Below are positions 14,062-22,060 of a stretch of 32,000 nucleotides of DNA, piece after piece. The notes under the pieces are model-generated. The model made no database searches, was not told the DNA's origin, and saw nothing but the letters and a program-made list of their open reading frames with translations. Source of the DNA: Candidatus Saccharimonadota bacterium (GTDB taxonomy: Archaea > Micrarchaeota > Micrarchaeia > Micrarchaeales > Micrarchaeaceae); assembly GCF_002214165.1 (NCBI RefSeq), contig NZ_CP019964.1:900001-932000 (forward strand). Reading direction: 5' to 3'. Position 1 is the first letter of the stretch, and every line of letters begins with the position of its first letter. The translations under genes and the position numbers were made by a program.

Positions 14062-15790
14062 ATTTGATTATACTCTCTATAGCCTGAAGATTGCTTGAGG
14101 GCACAACATGCACATCATTTAGTTTTAAATAATCCCTGTAGTACTGGTAACTTTTTTCATGGACTACCACTATTACAGCAGAATAATGCTTTATCCTTTC
14201 TTCAATCATCCTTTTTGAAGATCCAAAATTCTTTTTGCCTGTCTCATATTCTACAGCAATCCTAAATCCATTATAATAAGCCACTATGTCCGGTTTTCCC
14301 CTTCCCGTTCCCTTGAAATTCCTTACCCTGACCAAATCTAAGTAATTCATTATTTCGTTTACGGATATTTCATGTTCGATGCTAAGGTTTGACTTATTGG
14401 CCATTATATAGAGTTTTCCTTTATAGAGGTATTTACTTATAATACCATTTTTAAGCCCGTAGGATATTGATTCCAATGGCAGGTGTGTGAGCAAAGAGTT
14501 TAATTCCACAGGATATTTTGCATATCTGTAAAGCAAATTGGCATAACCTGCAAAATCGCTGTTAAAAATACTCTTGGAAATTTCATTATAGCTCTTTCCC
14601 TTTACCTTGAAAAGCCCTTTTGAAACAGGGTCATGAATTATGAACTCGTTTGTATTTAGTGAGCTTAAGGCCGCTTTTATAACATTGTTTTTCTCATTTA
14701 TAGATCCGGAAAATATATTTGAAAGATAATTAAGTTCTGTGGGCTCCTTTGACTGGAATGACAGTGTTAAATTTGAATTGGCTATAATCTGTTTGTTCAA
14801 AGACGAAGATTCGTGTGTAACAGCTATGATGCCAAACCCATACTTCCTCCCTTCTTCAAAGAATTTTGATAGCACCTTCATGTAAATATCTTCATCAAGC
14901 AACGTGTCTGCTTCATCTATGACAATATACAGTTTGGTGCCTCCTTTCGATTCCAGAGAATGCATGTGCTGGTAAATTCTGCTGAAAAGTTCATGCAGGT
15001 ATATAAATCTCAAATTTTTATTGTTCAACTTTGCAAGGTTTATCCCATTGGTGCCTTTAAGCAAGGATTTAACATCAAACGATGAATCATTTAGCGAGCG
15101 CCTATTTATCAGCTCAAATTTGTTCTTCATATTTTCCAATGAGTAAGAGTCGGGCTTTGATCTAGAATTATCAATAAAAGTATTTATCTCCTTTAAAAGA
15201 TCATACATATTAGGGGTAGAGGGCAGCTCAGGAAGGTCAAAATTTACTACACCTTTATTTCTGTAAACATACCTAAGTATGCTATTTAGCCTATAAGATT
15301 GATGGCTACCCAAGTTTAACACAGTTGAAAAAAGGTAAAACAATTCCGATATCCTGTCATTAACGCTAATGCCATCAAGGCCAAACGGATTTATCCCACT
15401 GTAATCAGAATCTCTATAAGTGCCATTTAGAAGTTCTACAAGTTCCTTATGCTCTCCGTTTGGATCCAAGAGCAATATAGGAACCTTGTCCTTCATCTGT
15501 ATAAGCAGGTCCTTCAATAATGTACTTTTTCCAGAGCCGCTTGCCCCAGAAATTAAAATATTGAGGTTTTTCTGCTTTTCCATATCCAAAATCAAGGATC
15601 CGTCTGCATTCTTCCATCCATATTCATAAATCAAACTGCTTTTCCCATAAAAACTAAAAGCAACTTTTTCGTATCTGTGCAAAGTGCCAAGCTTTTTGCC
15701 AAAATCCAAGGCAAAAATGTTTTCTGATTTTGCAGAACGCTTCCTGCAAAGGCCAAACCCAAAAATTCGACGGAATTTTTTATATATCAT
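14048..15790 (-). CDS. HerA/FtsK-superfamily (DUF87/AAA_10-like) P-loop ATPase fused to a C-terminal winged-helix plus PD-(D/E)xK-like nuclease module
   Basis: 580 aa.
- Walker A: GASGSGKST (aa 82-90; I verified nt 15521-15547).
- Walker B: LYIVIDEAD (aa 287-295).
- RKYGFGIIAVTHES (aa 315-328).
- The C-terminal ~115 aa carry ..SIEHEIS..(18)..GKPDIVAYYNGFRIAVEYETGKK.., an E...PD...E.E..K arrangement.
- ~40 aa just before that look like a winged helix. Confidence 0.6.
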   Translation of the reverse strand: MIYKKFRRIFGFGLCRKRSAKSENIFALDFGKKLGTLHRYEKVAFSFYGKSSLIYEYGWKNADGSLILDMEKQKNLNILISGASGSGKSTLLKDLLIQMKDKVPILLLDPNGEHKELVELLNGTYRDSDYSGINPFGLDGISVNDRISELFYLFSTVLNLGSHQSYRLNSILRYVYRNKGVVNFDLPELPSTPNMYDLLKEINTFIDNSRSKPDSYSLENMKNKFELINRRSLNDSSFDVKSLLKGTNGINLAKLNNKNLRFIYLHELFSRIYQHMHSLESKGGTKLYIVIDEADTLLDEDIYMKVLSKFFEEGRKYGFGIIAVTHESSSLNKQIIANSNLTLSFQSKEPTELNYLSNIFSGSINEKNNVIKAALSSLNTNEFIIHDPVSKGLFKVKGKSYNEISKSIFNSDFAGYANLLYRYAKYPVELNSLLTHLPLESISYGLKNGIISKYLYKGKLYIMANKSNLSIEHEISVNEIMNYLDLVRVRNFKGTGRGKPDIVAYYNGFRIAVEYETGKKNFGSSKRMIEERIKHYSAVIVVVHEKSYQYYRDYLKLNDVHVVPSSNLQAIESIIKSIGG

Positions 15791-15810
15791 TCACTCATCA
15801 AAAAGTGTAT

Positions 15811-15819
15811 ATTTAAATA
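15811..15819 (+). promoter_or_regulatory. TATA-like box (ATTTAAATA) for tRNA-Ser
   Basis: Centred about 31 nt upstream of the tRNA 5' end, in the 55-bp gap after the divergent ATPase gene. Confidence 0.4.
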
Positions 15820-15845
15820 CTTTCTTTTTGAAAGATAGGTATGTT

Positions 15846-15971
15846 GCCAGGGTGGCGGAAACCGGTAACGCGCCGGTCTTGAGTTTTTAGGACATCAAGA
15901 GCTGATTAGTGATGCAAAACAGGCCAACCGGTGCCCGAAAGGGCTTTAGGGTTCAAATCCCTACCCTGGCG
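15846..15971 (+). tRNA. tRNA-Ser (anticodon TGA = UGA), class II, with a 42-nt intron (15884-15925) at 37/38
   Basis: Hand fold:
- acceptor GCCAGGG/CCCTGGC
- 3-bp D stem GCG/CGC
- anticodon stem CCGGT/ACCGG, loop CTTGAG|A
- long variable arm TGCCCGAAAGGGCTT
- T arm TAGGG-TTCAAAT-CCCTA
- discriminator G
The bulge-helix-bulge is canonical. The helix CTTG(15878-81)/CAGG(15920-23) is flanked by the 3-nt bulges AGT and CCA. Confidence 0.85.
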
Positions 15972-16119
15972 CACTTTAAATCTAAAATCTCAAAACTCTA
16001 TTACTTAATACCAACTCACTTAATATTGGGTTTAGTAAAATAAGTTAATTTAATAAATACGTCATAATTATAGATATTTAAATTTTAATATCTAAATTAT
16101 TTTAGTTTTAAGTGACAAA

Positions 16120-16689
16120 ATGTTATTAGATCTCCAGATATTCAATAAAATAATGCCTAAATTAGCTGATGAAACACCTATCGTAATTACTTGGATATAT
16201 AATACTATCAAAACTCTTGTTCCATCTAATAAAATATCTCCTCTTTTGCTGATTTTAGAAGAACCATACGTGTATTCATATACATCTATTGAGGAAATTA
16301 AGCCTGCCTTCCCTAAACCTAAAGATCCAACTAGAACAAAAAGTAAAAATAAAATAAAAGTAATAAAATTTGGTTTAATAACTAAAACAAATTTCTATCC
16401 ACTGAATAATAAAATTCAAGCACATAAAGAAGTACCAAAATTAAAAGATCAGATACCAAAACTTTTTGAAAAGAATTTTATCCTCTATTTTAAAAGAAAA
16501 CAAAACAAACATGATGTTTATTATATTTATTTTAATCTTAAGTCATTGGAAAAAGGAAAGGGTTCTAATAATTATATCGATACAATTTTAAGCTATTTTA
16601 AAAGTAAAGAACTTAAAAAGGTTTTAGATATATCTAATGACCAACTTGAAAAAATAAAGACTGCATTAGCCCAAAAAGTAACATCCTAA
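16120..16689 (+). CDS. Hypothetical Lys-rich protein (orphan; very low G+C)
   Basis: 189-aa ORF with no motif I recognise. Two 60-nt lines inside it gave 27% and 17% G+C. No competing ORF on the other strand. Confidence 0.4.
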   Translation: MLLDLQIFNKIMPKLADETPIVITWIYNTIKTLVPSNKISPLLLILEEPYVYSYTSIEEIKPAFPKPKDPTRTKSKNKIKVIKFGLITKTNFYPLNNKIQAHKEVPKLKDQIPKLFEKNFILYFKRKQNKHDVYYIYFNLKSLEKGKGSNNYIDTILSYFKSKELKKVLDISNDQLEKIKTALAQKVTS

Positions 16690-16838
16690 AAGTAATACTG
16701 TTAATATATGAAATAAGTATTTTAGGGTGTAAAGACCCAAATTACTATAACCCCTTTTATCATAAATAATATAAAGCAATAAGTTGACGGTAATTTAAAT
16801 GCTCTATTGTAAAGTACAGAGTGATTCGAGGTAATCTT

Positions 16839-17186
16839 ATGGATGGACAGATTAAGGATTCAAGCACGGGAATGCAGGCCTCTAAAATTGGAATGATAAG
16901 TGGCTTAAGTTTTGTGGTTATGATAATATTTGGCGCTATTGTAGGAGATATTGTATTCTATACATTTTTGAATAGCATACTTTTCTATTTTGTCGGTCCT
17001 TCTAGCATATTCCTTACTCTAGTCATAGGGATTGTAATAGTAATAATTTCTGCATCATTTATAAGCCAGTCCAATGAACCTTCGGGATTACTTTATGCAG
17101 CCATCTTTTTAGGTTGTATGGGAGTACCTCTTTTTGGAGGGGTGGAAATATACCGCGTAGCCAAAAAGCATAATCTTACCCGCTGA
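16839..17186 (+). CDS. Hypothetical small membrane protein (about 3 TM)
   Basis: Hydrophobic segments GLSFVVMIIFGAIVGDIVFYTFL, IFLTLVIGIVIVIISASFI and LLYAAIFLGCMGVPLFGG. ATG at 16839; the track starts at a GTG at 16821. Confidence 0.45.
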   Translation: MDGQIKDSSTGMQASKIGMISGLSFVVMIIFGAIVGDIVFYTFLNSILFYFVGPSSIFLTLVIGIVIVIISASFISQSNEPSGLLYAAIFLGCMGVPLFGGVEIYRVAKKHNLTR

Positions 17187-17375
17187 AAAACTTCCAATAC
17201 GCTGTAAAGTGCCTAGCACTTTACTTTCCAAAAATAATATCAGTTAATCTTTGCATTCTTATTCAATTATAAATTTCCTATGTGTAACTTTCCTATTTTG
17301 AAGCTGTACTCTAATTTGGTATAAGCTTAAGAAATCAAGCAGAAAAGAAAAGAAAGTTCACCTGATGCCATAAAA

Positions 17376-17939
17376 TCAAGGAGGTGAACTCAGATGCCCA
17401 ATGATTGCAGCTGTTCCTATGAACATTGCTGCCAGTACCACAAGAACTAGCAAGGCTGCCAAGAGATAATAAGCCTTCTTATTATTATTCTTGGACTTCA
17501 AGTAAACCAAAGGAGACAGGAAACCCGAAAGCCCTGAAACAAGATAAAATCCAAGGGCTGACAGCAGTTCAGCTCCTGCCTCTAAGTGGTAAGCAACCAT
17601 TCCATAGCTTTCTGCAAAAAGGTAAATGCCAAGAAAGAATCCTATTAACGATATGGGCCTTCCATCAGTATTCTTGTAAATTGCAAACCCTCCCGCAATC
17701 ATTATGATCCCAAGCATAAGCATAGGGTCTCCAAAAAGCATATTGTATGCCCCAGGAAGCGGCCAGAAGAAGCTCATGTAAAATCCACTCAGGAAGTCGA
17801 AAATTCCTAGCATAAATATAGGACCTGCCAAGCTGTCCATCTTTTTTCCTTTGGCTATCCCAACAAGATAATAAGCAATAAACGCAGCACTCATCGCTAC
17901 TGCCAGAAGCATCACTGCAAGCGAATCCACAAAAGCCAT
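17376..17939 (-). CDS. Polytopic membrane protein (about 6 TM), possibly DUF981-like
   Basis: 187 aa, hydrophobic throughout, with FWPLPGAYNMLFGDP between helices. The family assignment is a weak recollection only. Confidence 0.55.
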   Translation of the reverse strand: MAFVDSLAVMLLAVAMSAAFIAYYLVGIAKGKKMDSLAGPIFMLGIFDFLSGFYMSFFWPLPGAYNMLFGDPMLMLGIIMIAGGFAIYKNTDGRPISLIGFFLGIYLFAESYGMVAYHLEAGAELLSALGFYLVSGLSGFLSPLVYLKSKNNNKKAYYLLAALLVLVVLAAMFIGTAAIIGHLSSPP

Positions 17940-18078
17940 ACTATTACCTTTTTAAAGTAAACTAAACTAGATATCCTTTTACACTTTCCTATTTTGTTTA
18001 CAAAAGTTGGCATAGAACCCTACACACTTTAACAGTGGAATAAGTCAAACCAAATTATGCCCAAGCACCAAATACCTG

Positions 18079-18597
18079 TTATGCACTTCCATCATGTTTC
18101 GCATTTTTGTACTTTCTGTAAAGGTGTATCGATTCCCCTAAAAGCATCCCTGCACTGAAAGCAAGCAGTATATCAACCAACGAGTACCAAAAACCTATTC
18201 CCGAAAAAGCACTCGAAGCTGTAGTGGTAAGCGCCTGCAATCCTAAATCATCAGGAAGCATGAACTCTATAACTATCCTTGCCACAAATGCAGCAAGCCA
18301 TATTGCAAATATCTCATTTGAGCGCCTGTACATTATCTTTCCATTGGAATAGAATATGCTTGATTTAGACCCAAAAATAGTCCCAACCGCATAGCCGACC
18401 AATATAGCCAGCAAAGCAACCGCAAAAATAACTATATTAAATGCAGAGGCGACCAGAATCAGAGAAAGCACAATATAAATCGCAGGGTACCTGAATATCC
18501 TAGCCGTGCTTGCTTTATACCCTTTCTTTTGCCTCCTAAGCCTAAGCAGCATTATAAGCGCAATGAAGACAATCAAGTAAATATATTCCAATTCCAT
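18079..18597 (-). CDS. Hypothetical membrane protein (about 4 TM)
   Basis: 172 aa with four hydrophobic helices and basic loops (LRLRRQKKGYK). No catalytic motif recognised. Confidence 0.5.
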   Translation of the reverse strand: MELEYIYLIVFIALIMLLRLRRQKKGYKASTARIFRYPAIYIVLSLILVASAFNIVIFAVALLAILVGYAVGTIFGSKSSIFYSNGKIMYRRSNEIFAIWLAAFVARIVIEFMLPDDLGLQALTTTASSAFSGIGFWYSLVDILLAFSAGMLLGESIHLYRKYKNAKHDGSA

Positions 18598-18710
18598 TTA
18601 GCTGCCTTTGATTACAATTAAATACAAGCTTATTTTACAGCAAGAATTCTTAATCAATGCCTTTAATTCTGGTAATGGTAAATTATTTAATCCAGAACTG
18701 ATAAATTAAA

Positions 18711-19223
18711 ATGAGTCAAATGCCAAAATCCCAAAAAACTGCAAGCAACCAGTCAATATGGATTGCCGTTATAGTCATAATAATTATAATAGCAGTATTA
18801 GCTTTGGTAGGATTATCCTATGAAATTCCGTTAAATAAAACACAAGGAACTGCAAACATAATAGTTTATATAAAGACTCCAGACACATTCTTCTATTCTC
18901 TGGACCTGAACCTCTCAGGAGAGGGCATAACGAGGTCCGTAGGGATAAATCATCCATTTAACAGTTCCAATGAAAGTTATAAAGTGAATTCAACTACAAG
19001 CAACTCCACCACGATAATACAGATGACCCAAGAGTTCGAGGGATTAAAGCCATTTTCAGAATACAAAATAACCCTGCAAGGGGCTATGGGACCGAGGTGC
19101 TATCCAGGAGTACCATGCATATATGAGAAGCCCAACATACTTGAAATTATAAATGAAACTAGGACTGTGGAAACAGGTGCAGATAGGACTACAACCTATG
19201 TTACTATATTGAATCAATCGTAA
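18711..19223 (+). CDS. Hypothetical N-terminally anchored extracellular protein with many N-glycosylation sequons
   Basis: Signal-anchor IWIAVIVIIIIIAVLALVGL, followed by a beta-rich region with NxS/T sequons (NKT, NLS, NSS, NES, NST, NSTT, NET, NQS). Confidence 0.5.
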   Translation: MSQMPKSQKTASNQSIWIAVIVIIIIIAVLALVGLSYEIPLNKTQGTANIIVYIKTPDTFFYSLDLNLSGEGITRSVGINHPFNSSNESYKVNSTTSNSTTIIQMTQEFEGLKPFSEYKITLQGAMGPRCYPGVPCIYEKPNILEIINETRTVETGADRTTTYVTILNQS

Positions 19224-19253
19224 TTAAGCTTAACAATAATTAAAGGTGATATA

Positions 19254-20294
19254 ATGGAATTGAAATTTGCCAAAGACAATTTTAATATGGATAAAGCAGT
19301 AAAGGAAATGCTCGATAGAAAGGACCATATAATAAGCATTACGCATAGAGAAGATTTCGATGGAATAGGCTCCGCAGCAATAATAAAACACTACTTCAAC
19401 ATTCCTGACAGTAATCTTATGTTTGGAGACTATAAGAGTTCGACAATAAATGCAATAACTGAAAAGATAAAAGCGATGAACTTAAGCAAAATGTTCGTGA
19501 TAATAACGGATCTTGGTTTGGATGAACCATTGATACCTGCATATCAAAGCTTGATAAGCTATTTAAAAGATAAAGATTCCTATGTAATTTGGCTGGATCA
19601 TCATAACTGGAGCAATGAAACTGTAGAAAAAGTTGCAAAGATGTGTGATTTTGCTGTTGTGGGGGACAATGATAAGTTCTGCGGTGCTGAACTAACATTC
19701 AGAGAACTGATTAAGGGAAGGTTTGACGAGGGTTTTGGGGAGAAAATTGCAGCATTTACCCACAAGACTGATTTCAATCTCCCAAACCTAGAGGATTTCC
19801 TTCTAAATATAATAAAATACATAACTTACTCAAATTACCACGGTTCAGATAATGCCTTAGTAGAATTGGTGAACTTTGTATCTGAAGAAGATTTCAACAA
19901 CGAAAAAATAAATGAAACTGCTCAATTATACAACAAGGAGGAAAGCGAAAACCTTGAGAAGCTAAAAAGCATGGTTTTCGATTACAGCATAAACGAGGAT
20001 TATAAAATAGGTATTGGATTTGGAGGTAATATTAACAGCACAAAAGCCTGTTTGATAGTGAGCGACCTAACGAATTCAGATATATCAATTTTTGTTAATG
20101 TACCCATGGCAAAGATAAGTATAAGAGGAAAGGGAAAGCTCGATTGCATAAAGCTTGCAAACAAGATGGGTGGAAACGGCCACTTCAATGCAGCGGGCGC
20201 CCCACTTACGGAGAGCATTGAATTATCCGATAGAGAAAAGATTAAGGCAGAGGCAGACAAGATGGCCGCAATGGCAAAAGAAGTTTACTCTTAG
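19254..20294 (+). CDS. DHH/DHHA1-family phosphoesterase (NrnA/RecJ-like)
   Basis: Motif I HREDFDGIGSA, motif II ITDLG, motif III WLDHHNW, motif IV GGNGHFNAAGA (GGGH-type DHHA1). I cannot tell NrnA-like from GAN/RecJ-like without a search. Confidence 0.8.
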   Translation: MELKFAKDNFNMDKAVKEMLDRKDHIISITHREDFDGIGSAAIIKHYFNIPDSNLMFGDYKSSTINAITEKIKAMNLSKMFVIITDLGLDEPLIPAYQSLISYLKDKDSYVIWLDHHNWSNETVEKVAKMCDFAVVGDNDKFCGAELTFRELIKGRFDEGFGEKIAAFTHKTDFNLPNLEDFLLNIIKYITYSNYHGSDNALVELVNFVSEEDFNNEKINETAQLYNKEESENLEKLKSMVFDYSINEDYKIGIGFGGNINSTKACLIVSDLTNSDISIFVNVPMAKISIRGKGKLDCIKLANKMGGNGHFNAAGAPLTESIELSDREKIKAEADKMAAMAKEVYS

Positions 20295-20302
20295 GTGCCT
20301 CA

Positions 20303-20902
20303 TTGAAAAATTACTATAAGGAAGGGGAAGAGAAATTCGGTTTTCTATCGTCCGAACTTTACTTGCTTGCAGAAAAGGTGCCTTCCATGTCAAGGTTCTA
20401 CAGATTCGTAGAGCGAGACTTAAGCAATAAAAAATTCCAAAGTCTGCTCGATGTAGGGTTTGGTGTCGGAAGTGTAATATACCAACTTTCCAAAAGCAGA
20501 AAGTTCAACATCTACGGAGTGGATCCATCCAAATACATGGTAAAGATAGCTAATAATAGATTCAAAGGGAATCCAAATGTAAATCTTGCAGTGGGGAGCA
20601 GTACATATGTGCCCTTTGACAAGAAGTTTGATATAATTATCAGTTCACTGTCAATGCACCACTGGAACGACAAGAAAGGCTCCCTTAAATACCTGTCAAA
20701 GTTTTTGGCAGAGGGGGGCGAAATCGATATATACGAATTCCTGCTGTCAAAAGGAAAATCCTTGTCCGAGCATTTTGAGTACTGTGTTGCAAAGAGCCAC
20801 ATGGTTTCAAAGCAACAATTGGAGCAATATGGAGAAGAAGCAGGGCTTAAAGCCCAAATAAAGGTAAATGGGAATTTTATAAAAGCAACCTACAAGCCAT
20901 AA
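20303..20902 (+). CDS. Class I SAM-dependent methyltransferase
   Basis: Motif I LLDVGFGVGSV, followed by D (YGVDPS) and IIISSLSMHHW (post II/III), typical of the Methyltransf_11/25 type. TTG start 9 nt after the DHH gene stop. Confidence 0.7.
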   Translation: MKNYYKEGEEKFGFLSSELYLLAEKVPSMSRFYRFVERDLSNKKFQSLLDVGFGVGSVIYQLSKSRKFNIYGVDPSKYMVKIANNRFKGNPNVNLAVGSSTYVPFDKKFDIIISSLSMHHWNDKKGSLKYLSKFLAEGGEIDIYEFLLSKGKSLSEHFEYCVAKSHMVSKQQLEQYGEEAGLKAQIKVNGNFIKATYKP

Positions 20903-20908
20903 CAAGAA

Positions 20909-21400
20909 TCATAGTTTGTATCCGAATTTCCTAAGCATGTTGTACCTTGATTCCTTATCTTCATCAGTTTCTATGCCTTTAGAAGGCATACCATCAACAA
21001 TTCCCATTATCCCTCTTCCTTGGTGTGTTTTTGCGATTATTACCTGTACGGGATTTGCAGTGGCACAGTATATGCCAGACACTTCAGGAACCGCTTTTAT
21101 GTTGTTCACAACATTTATCGGAAATGCCTTTTTGAAGAATATTAGGAAGCAATGGCCCGCCCCTACATTAAGTGCATTTTCTTCCGCCAAATGCTTCAGT
21201 TCGTCATCGTTGCCTTCGCTTCTTACTAACTGCTTTCCACTGGCCTCACAGAATGCTAATCCAAACAATACCTCAGGAGTTGACGAAATTATAGCTTCAT
21301 ATAAATCTTCGACTGTTTTTATAAAACCCGCTTGCCCCAAAATGAATTCTATTTCTTCGTCCTTTTTAATATCAACCACTTCAAATTCGACCATATACAC
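20909..21400 (-). CDS. Adenosine-specific kinase family protein (PF04008/DUF355-like)
   Basis: ILGQAGFIKTVEDLYEAI, FGLAFCEASGKQLVRSEGND, VGAGHCFLIF, PINVVNNIKAVPEV, YCATANPVQVI and GRGIMGIVDG match this conserved archaeal family. Confidence 0.75.
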   Translation of the reverse strand: MYMVEFEVVDIKKDEEIEFILGQAGFIKTVEDLYEAIISSTPEVLFGLAFCEASGKQLVRSEGNDDELKHLAEENALNVGAGHCFLIFFKKAFPINVVNNIKAVPEVSGIYCATANPVQVIIAKTHQGRGIMGIVDGMPSKGIETDEDKESRYNMLRKFGYKL

Positions 21401-21440
21401 ACAATATTATTGTGGCAAAACAAATATTTAATATATAGGG

Positions 21441-21989
21441 TTACAAGCTAAATTTCAGGACCGCCAACTTCTCATAGAATAAATTTTTCTCGAAGACTTC
21501 GGCACTTAACTCTTTTGCATCCTTTTCATAAGAATTAAGGGAACTCTCCAATAGCAAAACCTGATTTTCCGTAAGCAGATGATTGCCTACAGAACTTAAA
21601 AATTTATCTATCACCTGCCTGCCATCAAATCCTCCATCAAGAGCTTTATCAACCAATTTATCCGATAAAAGGTAGGGGGGATTGAATATTATAGTATTGA
21701 ACTTTCCTTTAATCCCTGAAAACAAATCCGTCTCAACAAATTTGCCCTCTAAATGATTTAGTGCCACATTTTGCCTGGCGCATTCAAGTGCATTTGTGTC
21801 TATATCTGCGAATGTCACATCATCACCTTTGAGTGCCGCAATAATACCTAAATAGCCACTACCAGTACCTAAATCCAGAACCTTGCCAAAACTGTATTCC
21901 TCTACAATATCTCCAAGAAGAAATGAATCATCGCTCGGGCAATATACGCCGTTGCAGCATTCAATCCTGAATTTGCCAAAATCAATCAT
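21441..21989 (-). CDS. HemK/PrmC-related N5-glutamine methyltransferase (Mtq2-like)
   Basis: Motif I VLDLGTGSGYLG and catalytic IIFNPPYL (NPPY). ~180 aa, as for archaeal Mtq2. ATG at 21989; the track starts at a TTG at 21998. Confidence 0.75.
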   Translation of the reverse strand: MIDFGKFRIECCNGVYCPSDDSFLLGDIVEEYSFGKVLDLGTGSGYLGIIAALKGDDVTFADIDTNALECARQNVALNHLEGKFVETDLFSGIKGKFNTIIFNPPYLLSDKLVDKALDGGFDGRQVIDKFLSSVGNHLLTENQVLLLESSLNSYEKDAKELSAEVFEKNLFYEKLAVLKFSL

Positions 21990-22060
21990 AAGTGTCAACC
22001 AATTAACATAAAATTTGAAACCTATATTAATTATTGCCCTAATAATAAAATGGTGTTTAA

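Noticed and set aside
15684-15890. 68-aa plus-strand ORF spanning the ATPase 5' end and running into tRNA-Ser
   Set aside because: It overlaps a well-folded tRNA gene and the N-terminus of the 580-aa ATPase on the other strand. It is not credible as coding.
15946-17400. att-like duplication of the tRNA-Ser 3' end that would delimit an integrated element
   Set aside because: I scanned the downstream ~1.4 kb by eye for GGTTCAAATCCCTACCCTGGCG or sub-strings and found no copy. The island idea therefore rests on composition only.
20916-21431. 171-aa plus-strand ORF
   Set aside because: It mirrors the adenosine-kinase-family gene (20909..21400, minus strand), which has strong conserved motifs.
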